64,000 bases of DNA, from contig NC_045698.1 of assembly GCF_009834535.1 (NCBI RefSeq), forward strand, positions 7,318,001 through 7,382,000. Reading direction: 5' to 3'. The position numbers were made by a program, and so were the translations under genes. The stretch's first letter is position 1, and each line of letters starts with the position of its first letter. Shown in pieces: positions 50,608 through 63,787 of the stretch. Under the pieces are notes generated by a model. The model had not been told where the DNA came from and searched no databases. It saw only the letters and a program-made list of their open reading frames with translations. Source of the DNA: Camelus ferus (Eukaryota).

Positions 50608-51693
50608 CAAAAAAAAAAAAAAAAAAAAAAAAGATCTGGCTCCAGCCCTGTACGTGTCCTCAGGGACGCTGGTTTACCTCCCCCCAGTCTCTGTCCCAGG
50701 CAAGCAGGGCTGTGTGCGACCTTCCCTAAGTCTGCAGCTCTCCCTGGGGACTGTCCTCCACAGCCCTCCTTGCTCTTTCCTCCTGTGAGTGCAGCCCAGA
50801 TTCATTCCCTCAGGAGCTCCTCTTGGGGGGTCCGAGTCTGTCCTACAGCACCGCTGTCTGGGTTCCTCATCTTCCCTTAGGTTCTTCCTCCTTAGGTCAA
50901 GCTGTGAGATCAGCCATCTCACTACATTCCTGGAAACGTAACCCAGCTCGCGGGGGCCGCTCCCCACTCCTCTGTTGCATGTGTGCAAGTGATGGATCCT
51001 AACACTCGTCCAAGATGCTCTGTGAGGTCAGCACGAGAGCTAACGCTGAGACCAGCCCCTCAGCTTTGTGGGCCTTCCCGGTGTGTCTGACACAGGCGGT
51101 GGCTCCCCCTACCCTGAGCACAGCTCCTCGCACCCTCGTGGCTTGACGGTGGGGGTGGTCAGCATGTTCTGAAGCTTGTGCCATGTGGAGGTGGGAAGGC
51201 TCCCCCGAGGACGGGCGTTCTGCTGAAAGTCAGGCATGTTGGCGGGGGTGGGGGTGGTGACTGACCCAGGCCTTCTACCTTCTGGACCTGTGACAAGGCC
51301 CAGAGCCAGGCTGAGCCCCACCTGAAGCCTGCACAGAGCCGGGGCGCAGTGGGCCCTGCCCTGCCAGTCCCCACCCTCTACAGGTGGTCTCTGACTGGGG
51401 ACAGTCCGCTCCGTCCCTGTAGGTATGTCGTGAGGCTGAAGGGGCTGGAGGGTCTGCATTGGCTTGAGAGGTCCGTTGTCAATAGGATAGCTGCTTCCTC
51501 CTCATAAAATAAAATCTGGGAATTAATTGCATCTTGATCAAACCTTTCCTTTCTCTTTATGACAATTATAAATTCCCCTGGTTCTGAATTTGGGGAAAAT
51601 TTCCGTAAAGCAAGTGTTTCTCCTGCTGCTGTCTTTGCTCGCTAGCGAAGCCCGGTAATAACTGTGTTCACACCCGGTTTGCTGTGTCCCTAG

Positions 51694-51869
51694 TCGCTGA
51701 CGACCGCGATGAAGCACCTGTGTGAGATCCTGACCAGCGACCCCGAGGGCGGCGCCGCTTGCATCCCGTTCGAGACCTTCTCCTACGTCTACCGTTACCT
51801 GTCGGGACTCGACTCGGACATACCTGCCTCGGACACGGAGACCTATCTGGCCTCTCTGAAGGAGAACGT
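51694..51869 (+). CDS. ROPN1L: ROPN1L coding exon 4
   Basis: SLTTAMKHLCEILTSDPEGGAACIPFETFSYVYRYLSGLDSDIPASDTETYLASLKEN(V); cctAG| and |GTaagt. Confidence 0.96.
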
Positions 51870-54800
51870 GTAAGTGTGAGCACACCCTGCAGCTCAGGTG
51901 TGCGGGGGGTCGGGGGCTCCCTTCCTCCCATTCTCCTCTGTCTTCAGACGACTTTGTTCCAGCGAACCCCGCCTCCGGCAGAAGGGAAGTGGCTCATTCT
52001 GGGCTCCGAGATGTGGCTCAGTGGTGCTGGACAAAGCTGGGCCGCAGGAGGGGTAACTTCAGAGGAAGGAAACATTATCTGTCGTTAAGAAACGTTATGG
52101 GAAATGTGTCTTGATTCTTAAGTACAGGATAACGGATGGTTTAAAACAGGGCATGTTCAAAAGTAAGTTAGAATTCATTTCTCAACAATGAAACACGGAG
52201 ATGAGTGGAGGGAGTGAGTGTGTAGCCACCCTGTGCCCCCAGCCCCCAGGCGGTGCTGCCTGGAGGAGGGGGCTCGGGGGAAGAGCGGCCCAGCAGGTGG
52301 GGGTGGCTGTGGCCCCGCCTGGCGAGGCGGCTCTGAGTGCCGCCCAGAGGTCAGGCTGGAGGAAGTCTTGCGATCATTAGAAGGTGGCTCCCCCAGGCCC
52401 CCTGAGGCCTCCCAGCCCCTCCCGGCCACACCCCAAGTGCCCCCAACGGTCGTCCGAGCCACACACTTTCCATCTTAAGCCCAAGACCTTTACGGAGTGC
52501 TGCCTCTGTGCAGGGATGTAGGGGGTGGGTTGGATCATAAGAGAGCTAGGGCCTGAGGGACGGTGATGGTGACGGTGACAGTGACAGTGACAGTGATGGT
52601 GATGGGGCTGTCTCAGCCGCACTCCCCTGGCCCCTGAGAGCCTGAGCCCAGACTCTCGTCCCCTCGGCCTCCCCCACTGCCCCATCTGGGATGTGGCACA
52701 AGCCCCCACCTCACTTCCTCCTATTGGGACCCTGGCCACCAGCAGCCCTTGCCTCCGTGGCCTCTCCCCTCATGCTCCAGCCTCCCTGTCCCTCCAAACC
52801 ACTTCCTCTCCTCCCTTCAAAATTGCACTCTCTTGGAGACCCCCACCACTGAGCTATGCCCCCAGACTCAGTGATCCAGTCTTTCTTTCCTGTCCACTGA
52901 CATGGTAACCCTCTCCCCATCCCTCCCCACCACGAAGCTATGACTCCTCGGTCACTCGCTCTGGACACCATCAAACCTCGGCTGGCCCCACACTCTGCCC
53001 TCTCTGACCCCCATCTCTTGGCCACCATTCCCTCATTCTCCTGGGCCCCCTCAGCCCGTGCCTATCCCCCACCCACATCCCACCCTCAGGCCCCTCCTCA
53101 CCCTGGGGGAATCTGCCCCCCACCCAGCCATCTCCACTCCTTGAGCCCAGGGCATCACCCTCCTCTCTCCTGAGCCCTCCAGTGTCATCCCCACGTGCAA
53201 CCCACTCCCCCTGCCTGCACCATCACCAAGTGTCCTCTGCTCAGGGAGGCCTCCCATAAACGGCGCTGCCATAAAGCAGCACCTTCCTCCCTCCATCCGT
53301 CCGTGAAGTCATCTTTCCTGCTGTGTACGGAGCACAGCCACGTGAGCTGCTCCACCAGCCTAGGGTAGGGTCTGCACGCTGAGCGGTGCTGGGGGGACAT
53401 GTGTGGATGGACCCCACAGGTGGTCGAGGTGGAGGGGCATGGGAGCTCCTGAGGAGTTTGGCTTATGCCTAGTAGCACTAGGGAGCCACAGAAGGTCTTA
53501 GAGAGGGAACACAGTGGTTATTTTTGGTTAGAATTCTCCTTGAGTCGCAGATGTAAGGAGACTAGTTAGGAGGCTTCTGCAGAGGTCCAGACAAGAAATG
53601 ACAAAGAAGGGAGAGGTTTTTCAGTGCTGCTTGGATTGGGGTGGTTGACTGGATGTGAGGAGTGAGGAGAGAGACTTCCAGGAATGCCCCAGATGGCTGT
53701 CGTGGCCTCCTGAGTGGACATTTGTGTGTCTCCCAGGAAGGACCTGGGAGAGGCAGGACTTGGGAGGCCCAGGGTGGGTCAGGGAGCTCAGATCTGGGCT
53801 GGACATCCCAGTGTGAGGAGACCACAGCCTTTGGGGAGGGGGCAGTGAGTGAAGAGGGGCTGGAGCGGGAAGAGGAAAGCTGGGGAAAGTGAGGCCCGGA
53901 AGGGCCTGGGCAGGAGAGGGGCAGGAGGGCCTTGTCCAGTGTGGCAGATTCCAAAACTGTCCCGTACACTGGCTACGGTGGTCACTGTGCCCCTGGCAGC
54001 AGTGATTTCAGAGGACTTCAGGGGACAGAGGAGATGAAGTGTGGCCTCCAGCTGCCGGGGTCTGGCTACAGACTCCTGGGAAGGGGGAGGTCGGCTTGAC
54101 CTCCAGGAGGAGGGCTGAAGGTAAAGAAGCACACTTACCTGCCAGGTGGGAGGTCCTGGTCTATAACCAGGTGCCTTGTGCACCCTAGCTGAGGACAGCC
54201 CCCCACAAGGCTCCCAGGAAACACCTGAATGGACCTGGGCACCCTGGTTAAGTCCTCAGAGCAGGCAGGGTGCATGAGCTAGGCTTTCTGAGTCATCCTT
54301 TGAGAGCAAATCCACCCGCTCCCCACCACCTGCAAGCGCCTGGCCTGCGTGCTGGATGGAGGCCGCGAGCTGAGTGGGGAGCGCCCCGCCCCGACGCCCT
54401 GGCCTGGGTCACTGGGTCAGACCCCCCCCCGCCCACTCCACCAACGTAGACTTGTTAACTCGGCTGCTTTGTGCAGCAGGAGTGATTTCCTCTTTGTCTC
54501 GGCCGATTCAACAATCCTTTATTCATTCCATGACTCATTCATTCCTTGGTTTCCAAAGCGTTTCAGAGCCCTCAACATCTCCTTAGCGAATGATGCTGGA
54601 CCCTGCCCTGCGCTGCCTTCACGGCCACTCAGGCGGCGAGAGCCCCGGCGGTGGCCCGTGGAGGGACAGGCCTAGCTGGGGGGCGGGAGCTCTGGCTGGG
54701 GGTGCCGGGGGCTGACCTAGCTCGGGAGGCTGGGGAGGCCCCAGCAGGTTAGAGTGACCTCTGCTGTTGGCAGAAGGATGCTGATGTGGTTGTTCTCAAG

Positions 54801-55699
54801 CCACGGATGGTACCTAAGGGGAAGAGTTACTGTATTTTGCAGGAAAAGGCCAAGTAAAATTTTACTCCATGGTTTTCTTTCGTTACGTGGTCAGTGGCTT
54901 TTCCCCGCCTGTGGGGAGCTCCGGTTGGCTTTCCTTTAGTATCAGCACAACAGGGACAGTAAGCAGGTCCTCCTGCTGCCTGAGCAGAGGCTGGGAGTCC
55001 TCACACCCAGGAGCACAGGTGCTCGGGGCTACTGGTGTGGTTCCTCCGAGACCCCCTCCACCTCCCGGCAGCCACAGTTGGGGGCTATTCCACAGGTGTT
55101 AATTCCCCTGGGCCTGTAAGAGGAGGTTGCTTTTTATGGTAAAATATCTTTTAGAATCACTAACTTGTATTCCTTTTGCTTTTAAAAGTGAGCCCTCAAG
55201 GCAGTTCTCATTTTCCCACTGACATTGAAAATGAACGTTGTTATGGTTCCATGTTTTTACATCTGCTGATGTTGTCAGTAGAAATTTACTAATGTTCACC
55301 ATCTTTTAAGAGGTACAACTATCTATAGACAAAGAGAAAAATCAAAAGAGATACTATTGTCAATGCCAAAGTTTCACAGACTCGAGACAGTCCTTTGAGT
55401 TTTACTGGACCAATTTTTTAAACAGAAGGATATTTTTGTTATACTTGTGACTAAAATTTGAGTCGTCAATAAAGAAAAATCCATAACATAGTACTGCTTT
55501 TTTTGCCTAGGAATAAACACCCATTTTTTTTAATATAAGAAAACAGAATACTTTATTTTTAGAGGTAAGACTTACAATTGGAGCCCATAAATAATCAAAA
55601 TTTTAAGGTAAAACTTACAAATTATACGGTGTTCCATAGAAGTTGTATTGTGTGCTATAAGAAGTTACTAATATGTGCCTTTATCTGTTTCCAATTTAG

Positions 55700-55763
55700 A
55701 GACTCTAAAAAGAATGGCATGATAGGACTTTCAGATTTCTTCGTTCTACAGAGGAAAATTTAG
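55700..55763 (+). CDS. ROPN1L: ROPN1L last coding exon, to stop (CDS 657 nt, 218 aa)
   Basis: tttAG|A GAC...; DSKKNGMIGLSDFFVLQRKI*. Confidence 0.93.
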
Positions 55764-56842
55764 AAAACCTCGAAAAAGAAAACTCAGAAGACATAGGCCG
55801 TTAATACAGAGAAGAACACAATTTAATGTCAAAATAGTGCTTTTTAAAACCTTGGCACCAAATACAATTTGTCATTAACCACATACATATGAAGTGTGAG
55901 TTTTTTCCCGTAGCAGAATGTGGCCGATGTGTCATGGGGGCCTATTTAATGATTATTCTTCACCAAGTCCTTCTAAGAGCCTGAAATGCAAAACATCCTC
56001 CGCAGCGAAATGATCTTTTTGAGTAGAACAATCTTTGGCCACTGCAGAGTGTGGAGGTGGGGTGGGCAGTTCAAAACCAGCTGTTTCTCCTCTTCCTTTG
56101 AAAGTCTGACCAGCAGGAAGGCCGATGCCCTCTGCTCCCTGCTCCTGCCAAAGCCGGATCTTCTGTGACAGGAGGGCCTGAGGGCTCGCTGGCTGGATGA
56201 GCAGCAGGGCTGGGAAGCAAACTGGACAAGCAGCTTGGACCAGCACGTGGTCTGCTGGACGGAGGCAAGCATCCGAGACCCTTTCTTGCTTTCTTTATAT
56301 ATAAAGTCTCAAACTGACAAGGCCAATTAGTACATCTCAGACTGTTTTTCTGAGAACGTGGGAATGGTTGTCTTGCTGGTTCTCTGCACATTTATCACAC
56401 ACCGTGCTGATAAATGATACAGGTTTTCAAATACCTTGAAAACCCAGAGTTAGGAGACGCATTGGCAGTTACCCTAAAAAGCATTTCAGTTTTTGCACTG
56501 AGGCATGAGGTATAGTTTTCATCTGAACATGAAACTATGGTACTTGAGGTGATCATTTGCCTGGGCTCATGGCCGCCCCCGCCCCGGGAATGGACAGTGG
56601 AGTCTCTTCATCAAATTACAAGTAACTTTTCAGAGTCGGAGTTTTAAAAGCTTTTATAATTTTTGAGTTGCTTTAAACCTTCTCAAAACTCACTTCCCCC
56701 TAAAATTTTAGTATTTTATCCTTCTATGATACTCCATACATGGGGATAAGAAAGAAGACACCTTAGGTTTTGCATAAGAGCAGTGGGAAGTCGTGTGGAG
56801 TCAGTGGGTGTGCGCAGGGGAAGCACTGAAGCAAGAAGCGGC

Positions 56843-56898
56843 GTGCAAAGGAAGGGTGTGCAAAGGAAGAGTGCAAAGGAAGGGTGTGCAAAGGAAGA
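56843..56898. repeat. 28-bp tandem duplication built from 15/13-bp subunits
   Basis: (gtgcaaaggaagggtgtgcaaaggaaga)x2, exact. Confidence 0.95.
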
Positions 56899-57349
56899 CA
56901 GACGAACAATGGGACATCCCCGTGAATATGACACTGACCTGATGACAGACACAGAGTTTTGTGTTTTTTTAAGCCAGATGATCAGCCACCTCAGGAGGCT
57001 CACTGGCAGGGAGCACAGGACGTGCGCATGTGACAAAGAGACGCTGGCCTGCCCATCAGTCAGGAGACAGAAAAGGGACAATTTAACATAAGGGATTCAC
57101 AGCCACTCCTGCAAGGTCACCACGAGGACTTGGGAGGGCCTCCCGCCCGCGGTTGGGGCGCAGCTCTGGAGAGTGGCCCGCGGGGTCTGCAGGGCTGAGT
57201 TGCCCGGAGTGTCAGTGGGCCTGTCGGATGCGGCCGGGCACCCGGGTGAACAGGCTGCTAGACTGTTGTCAAAGTCGGGCGTGGAGCTAGCTCATGAGGG
57301 ACCCGGAGGTATAAAGGCCCAGAGAGGCATCCTCGGGGGATGTTGTTCC

Positions 57350-58270
57350 AGTGAACCCTTCCTGGGGAAGCAGCTAGAGGGTTTCAGACCACCAGAGAGG
57401 TCGGAGAGGTCAGCATAAGGACCAGTACGGACATCGAATGCATGATTTATCCGGAGGGCTGAACCACGAGATGGTGATCCTGCCGGGCTGTCGTACGTAA
57501 TGCCCGTGCTCTGACGACGAGGTGCGTGACATCTAACGAGTATCAGAGACCCAGAGGTCCACATGAAAAGCGTCTGTTTGCTACTTGTGTACATTATTAA
57601 CTGGAGGTGAAACGACGTTCATATCAGACATACAGAGGGTGGAGAGGGAAGAGTTTTCCAGCCAGTTTCAGTATTGACTGTAGCAGACAACCAGCACCAG
57701 AGAGGACGGAGGGTGTCGCACAGAGACGCGGAGGGCAACCGCTACAGCAGAAACGCGGACCATCCTGGACACCGACAGAAACAGACCGGTAGCAGGTAAA
57801 GAGCGCTGACAGCTGAACCAAAAAATAAAGAAAGTGTTTATGGGGGGAGGGAATGGGATGGAGGAGGCAGAGCTGGACCCGGACTCCTCTGCACCGACCT
57901 CTCTGTTGACTGGAATCCTCTATGTATTTTACGTAATTGCAGAACAAAATTACACTGAAAAGTCCCTGAGAACTGAAAGTAAAATGAAACCGATGAACTG
58001 TGTATCCAGTCAGCATAATCACAGGAACTATTCCAAGGGACTTTACAGCTCAGTCATCTGAATATTCCTGGTGGAATAGACAGAAGCCAAGTTGAAATTC
58101 CCAAGCTCTTTTCAGTAACCAGTGACGGTGGTAATGGGGCGAGTGAGTGAGTGTTTTGGTGTCAGGGAGAACCTAGGTTTGCATCATGGAGGAGTGAAGA
58201 AAGAAAAGGTAAAGGCAGAATCCTGCGGTCCTGAGTTACCACTGGAGCGTCGCTGGGAAATCATCACCCC
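57350..58270 (+). mobile_element. Highly diverged L1MC/L1ME-type 3' UTR remnant
   Basis: aactattccaagggacttt, gtcagggagaacc, aatcctgcggtcctgag resemble L1MC 3' sequence as recalled. Confidence 0.45.
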
Positions 58271-59164
58271 TGCGCCCTGGAAAGGCCTAGACGCAGCAGC
58301 GCAGCCTGCACAGGGGGAGCACCCAGCGGCCAGGCGGTGGTCCCCGATGGCTCTGTTCGCGGAAAGGAGCAGGACGCCTTGCAGCAGGGCTGATCCCGGC
58401 TCGCGGGCAGGGAGTGTACGCGGGGCGACCCGGAGCAGCGTGTCACCCCGGCAACAAGTGGTGACAGGCTTCTAGGTTCATGTCAGAAAGACTTGGGGTC
58501 TAGTCGAATGAACTTCCACTTGCCCTGCTCTCCAGGGATCTAGAAGATTCCAGCCACTTAGCTGGCTCCCTGGGTTTCCTCCCTCTTCTCCATTTCCCTC
58601 TAAAAATGTGCCCTCCAGGGAGGACCACCAGTGTCTAACGGACTCCACTCCAGAGAGAAGCACGCCCCTCCCGCGTCATCCTGCCCCAGGAGCCGGGCTC
58701 CTGCCCTTCATGCCCCGGTTCCTGCCTGGGCCTGCTGCTTCCCAGAGGTCCTGTGGTCTAGGGGCCTGAGAACCGAAAGTGGCCCCCCCTCGAGCCTGCA
58801 GGGACAGGGCCCGCGACAGCTGTGGGGCCTGCTTACTGACAAGTGTCTGTCCATTCGGCAGAACTTGGGAGGAGATTTGCTGTCCCTGCAACTGTCTTGT
58901 AGGAGAGGGACACGGAGCCCCCACCTCCTCTTGTCCCTGGGGACCACCCCCATTTACCAAAAGAACCTCACTGAATCACTGACCAGCCAAACTGGTTAGG
59001 TCAAGGAGAGAAATTTGGATGGAATTTTATAAGACTGAGAATGGATGAATATTGTCGTAAATACACTTGCTAATGTGGACATCTGAGCTCAAAAAACCAG
59101 ACCAGTTTCACTCTATCAAAAAATCATGTGTCAGTAATGAAAGAGAATGAAGGAGGTAGAGGGG

Positions 59165-59645
59165 TAAATAAACTGGGGTACATCCAGACAGTGAAGTACT
59201 GTTCACAATGGAATACGATTCAGCTCTGAAAAGAAACGAACTGTCAAGCCATGAAAAGACACGGATGAACATTAAACGCACTTCACTAAGGGGAAGAAAC
59301 CAAGCTGAAAAGGGTACTTCCTGTGTGCGCGACTTTCTACAAAAGGCGAACTGTGGAGACAGTGAAACTATCAGTGGTCATCGGGGTGGGGGTGAGGGGA
59401 TACGAACAGGTGGAGCACAGAGGGTTTTAGGGCAGCGAAAATGCTCTATGATATTATAATGATGGATACATATCCAAATCCACAGACTGTGCAACATGGA
59501 GAGTGAATGCTGGGGTAAGCTGTGGCCTCTGGGTGACAATGGTGTGTCGATGCAGGTTGATTGATTGCAACAAATGGACCTTCTGGTGGGGATGGTGGTG
59601 GAGGGAGGCTGTGCGTGCGTCTGTGCAGGGGGCACGTGGGACGAA
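59165..59645 (+). mobile_element. L1MB-type 3' UTR remnant
   Basis: taaataaactgggg...acaatggaatacgattcagc...gccatgaaaagacacggatgaac...gattgcaacaaatg. Confidence 0.8.
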
Positions 59646-62329
59646 GCACTGACACCTGCTGCAGCACGGGTGCCCATGACCACCCTGCCGGCCAGCAGGC
59701 TCTGGGGTCCATGCCTGGTCTTAGAAGGCTGATCTTTTTTAAGAGTGACTTTGTCGTGGAACTGCGAATGGTGTTCCCTTAAAAATCTCCAGTCCCCGAA
59801 ATTGTTTTGGTCTGATGTAAGGCTCTAAAGTTCAAACAAAGAGAACTTGGGCCAGAAGCATGAACTTGCCTCTCTCTAGTTGATGCCACCTGAACATACT
59901 TGTCATCTGTCGGTGGGAGGGGAGGTTTGCGACCAAAATGCAAGTTGTTTCTGAGAGTAAAGGCACGTCTCATCAGCCGGATTCAAGCTGGGTTTCCAGA
60001 ACGTTCTTTAGAGTTGACTCTGGATGTCTCCTTAATGCTGACCCATAGGACGTCCCAGCAAAGGATCCTGAAGCAGCCCCTGACCTCGGTGCTCTGTCCC
60101 TGTCCCTCCCCCGTGCACCATGGGGTCTTCCTCTGGGTCCTTCTCAGCTCAGCTCCCGCCCCACAGAGGCTGTGCTCCTCAGTTGACGGCCACCACTGGG
60201 GTGCTGAGTGCCAGCACTGGGGTCCTAAGGGTACACAGAGGCTGGCCCGGGCAAGGTGGAGCAGGCACTGACTCTGTCATTAAGAGGGCATAACGGGGAA
60301 GCACTTTTCTGTCCCGTTTTCGCCCGAGAGCCTCAAGCACAGGGGTTCCGGCACCTAGTCCGGGCACCGTGCCGCCGAGTGCCCGTGGCGGACGGCCTGC
60401 TGCTCAGTGACTGACTTCCCAGTGTCCAGACGCGGGCTTCCTCTCACTCAAGGGGAAACTTCCTGTTCGAGTGCTGGTCTGGAATCTTCCTGTGACACAG
60501 CTGAGTCCTCCTTACTCGCCTTCAAGCCCTGCAGTCATTTCTTTTTGAAACAGCCGCCGGGAGGTTGGCTTTCCGTCAGGTTGTCAGCTGTGCTTGGGGA
60601 ATTCGCTCAAACGGTTTAATTAATCACGACAAGCTTTGTTTCAAGTGCCATTAACTAATCAACATGGTGGGTGAAACAAACCATTCAAGTGACTGGAATT
60701 GTTGCGCAAAGGAGCTCTAGATGGAGACCAGCACAAACCACCCCCTTTCTGCAGGAGATTGGGGTGGGGCCCAGGAGGCCGCGGACCTCGAGGGGCTGAG
60801 GGATGCGGAGCCGCGATCGGCTCGCACGCAGAGGGGGCAGATGGCCCCACCTGGACTTAGCCCCTAGAGAGCCACAGAAGATGTTTCCAGTTAACGTCAC
60901 TTAGAGAAAAGACTTTGACAATGATGGAGACTCAGCATGAATAAAACAACAACCCCTGGCATTTGTGAGCTGTGGGTTTAGAAAATGCCTGCTCTCCCTT
61001 GATTGCAGGTGAGTGGTTTGGGGGAAAACAAGACTGGAAAAGCCACAAGATGCAAACCAGCCGAAGGTGACTTTGGCCTGAGGACTTCAGAACTGCCTGT
61101 CCCGTTGAGATGCACAGTCTGAAGTCCTCGGCCCTGCAGTGCCACCAGTGAGTCACTTGATTTTCAACCTGACTCTATTTGGCATCTTCTGTAATTTTCA
61201 CCTTTAAAGAAACTGGGCTTTGTTTTGTTTTTGTTAGTGTTTGTGATGTGTAAGAAAAAGAAAAGGCAGAAGTAGCGGCGATGTTTCTGGAAATATGCCA
61301 TCACCCGGCGGGATGGAGCTCCCGGGTGGCTGGGCGCAGCCAGCGATTTTGTTCTTAAAATGATTTGGCTACAAGTCTCTCATTTAACCTGCCAGTCACT
61401 GGCATCCTTGTGAGTTCTTGTAACATGACAAAAATCTACCTTTACAAATGGCTTTCAAATGTAGTGAGATTTTTCGGTATACTCAATTGAACAATTAATG
61501 AAGAATGACTATATAAATAAATCATCTGTTGAGTTTGATTTTGCTCTTACTGTAATTTGCAGCCTATAATTTTTTCCAAGGCTTAAACATTTTCAAAGGT
61601 CCTTGAAACGCTCGTAAGGCCTGAGACTCTGTGCCTCAGCTTCCAGAATGAAAGGAGTTGGGACGCTCCGTAAGGAAAATTCCAGCTTCATGATGTCACC
61701 CTACAGAATTAGTTCTCCTTGGTTATCAAAGTGGATTTCTTCAGAAGCCCATGAAGTGGACTGCAGAAGTATGATTAACCCCTTTTCTAGGGGACTGGAC
61801 GCTAGCTGTAAGAGGCCAGGGGCATCTCGGGTCCTCTTCCTGCCCCGGGCTCAGCCCCACCCACCTAACCTCACACTTATGTCCCTATTGACTTTTCCCA
61901 CATCAACCAGCACTTCCAGGATCCACCCCATTTCCCTGGCGCAGGCTTTCCATGATGTCAGAAGACCCAACCAATAAAGTAAACAAAATAGCTTTACTTT
62001 GATGTGTTCACATGCAACTTTCCCCAGAACAGTTGGGTCCTTCCAGAGGCCTCGTGGATGTCCAGTATGTAACTCCACTAAGACGGAGCAGGGGCCCCAT
62101 ACTTCCCAGAGCTGAGATGGAGCCACTGACCCGTGATGGGTCATGCACGTTCCACTCTGTCACCACCTCAAACCCCAACTCATGTTTGAATCTAACGTGA
62201 TGTGAAGTTAGCAGCGGTGTGACCAGGATGGCCAGGCAGGACAGGAAGTGTCCCGGCAAAGGCTGTCCAGTGGGGTCTCAGGGACGTTTGGGCTGGGATA
62301 ACATCCAGCCTAGATGAGAAAGCATTTAT

Positions 62330-62770
62330 CCAGCACTTACGAGGTCTGGGCCATGTGCTAAGGGTTTAACAGCTCAGTGAGTTCTCACACCAACCGCAGG
62401 AGGCGGGTACCACCATCACTCATGTTTCGCAGATGAGAACAGTACCTTGCCCAGAGTGACTTAGGCAGAAGGTGGCAGGGCTGTGACAAAACCCCGGCAG
62501 TCCGACTTCAGAGCCTGGGGTCACATTTGTTTATTTTTGCTTTTATTTCCTTTCCTTTAGGAGGCAGCTCCAAAAATATATTGCGATTTATGTCAGAGCG
62601 TGTTCTGCCTGTGTTTTCCTCTAGGAGTTTTGTAGTATCTGGTCTCATATTTAGGTCTTTAATCCCTTTTGTAACTCATTTAAGCTTTGTAACAATACCC
62701 TGTAAAGTGGGCATTGCTGTTATTAACCTCATACTATGGATGTGACAACTGAGGAGGAGAGAGGCTGAAC
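62330..62770 (-). mobile_element. MIR remnants flanking an antisense L1 ORF2 fragment (~62524-62670)
   Basis: cagatgagaac...ttgcccagagtgac MIR core; inner tttgtttatttttgcttttatttcc...tgttttcctctaggagttt...taggtctttaatcc L1. Confidence 0.7.
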
Positions 62771-63057
62771 CTCTCATGTGGGGCCCCAGGGTTCCCCGTG
62801 CCCCCCTGCCCCCTGCACCCGGGGCTGCCGTGAGTGGGAGTCTCCCTGCACTGCGGGGCTGTGGTGCAGAGGACAGGTGGTGTCCTGAGGGGCGAAGATC
62901 CTGGCCTCACACCTCTCTTGAGGCCCCCCCCCCCCCCGCCGGGCTCTCTGTTTAGTGATACTCACCAATCAAGGCCCCCCCCCCCATCCACAAGCAAGAT
63001 CAATGGGAATGTCCAGTCTTTGCAACTGATGAAACCAGACTCCTAGATCAGTTTCCT

Positions 63058-63500
63058 CATGTAAGCAGTTGAGTAGTGGCCCTCCAAAAGGACATGTCCT
63101 CGTCTTAACCCTGGAAGATGTGAGTGGGGCCTTGTTTGGAAAAAAGGCCTTTGCACATGTATTTAATCTAAGAATCTTGAGCTCATCCCAGATTTAGGGT
63201 GGGCCCTAGATCCAATGATTGGGGTTTTTATACAAGAAGATGGAGGGAGGTTTGAGACACGGGGAGAAGGCCATGTGAAGACGGAAGCAGAGACTGGAGG
63301 GAGCAGCCACAGGTCAAGGGACACCTGGGGCCCCGGATGCTGGAAGAGGCAGGAAGGACCCTCCTCTAGAGACTCTGGGGGAGCAAGGCCCCACCGACAT
63401 GTGGCTTTAGACCTCCAGCCTCCAGAACTGTGAGAACAAATTGTTGTTTGAAGTCCCCCAGGCTGTGGTAATTTGATACAGCCGCCTTGGGAAACTCACA
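63058..63500 (+). mobile_element. MaLR LTR (MLT1C-like)
   Basis: tggccctccaaaaggacatgtcc...ggccatgtgaagacggaagcagagactggag...gcctccagaactgtgagaacaaat...gaaactcaca. Confidence 0.85.
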
Positions 63501-63787
63501 TGCCCCATTTCCTCCTTTCTTGCCAGTTGTGTGCAGAGGGGGCATCAGAAATGCAGCAGAGCTCTAAGCTGGTCCCGAGCAAGGTCTGGATTCTAGGGTT
63601 TTCTGCTGACCCCTAAGACAAAAGCCCTTTGAGGGTTCCAGAGGTGGGGAGGGGTTGAGGACAGTGGAGGCTGAAGAGAAGTGAGGGCGTCTTGGCTCGT
63701 GTAGATGGTCAGAGAGACTTCTAGAATGGGGAGAAGCTAGCCTTGCTCCAGATAATTTTCTAATTGTCACAGACTTTCTATGAGTCT

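Noticed and set aside
52563..52605. His/Cys-rich ORF segment (HHHHCHCHCHRHHH) as a metal-binding peptide
   Set aside because: Translation of a degenerate gtgaca/gtgatg hexamer simple repeat.
46700..54700. Many overlapping 60-135 aa ORFs on both strands
   Set aside because: Expected in GC-rich, stop-poor intron DNA. Low-complexity Pro/Gly/Arg content and no recognisable domains apart from ROPN1L exon 4.
55750..55765. Programmed -1 ribosomal frameshift into the alternative ROPN1L tail
   Set aside because: No in-frame X XXY YYZ slippery heptamer and no evident downstream structure.
56783..57418. ORFs with faint RT-like words (GIKAQRGIL), suggesting an R4/Dong-type LINE
   Set aside because: No YxDD or other ordered RT motifs. 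Part of the ORF comes from a tandem repeat, and neighbouring sequence looks like degraded L1M 3' UTR.
60825..60842. CTCF-like motif gcagagggggcag (also near 48165 and 63533)
   Set aside because: Only partial matches in GC-rich DNA; cannot be supported without a PWM scan or ChIP data.
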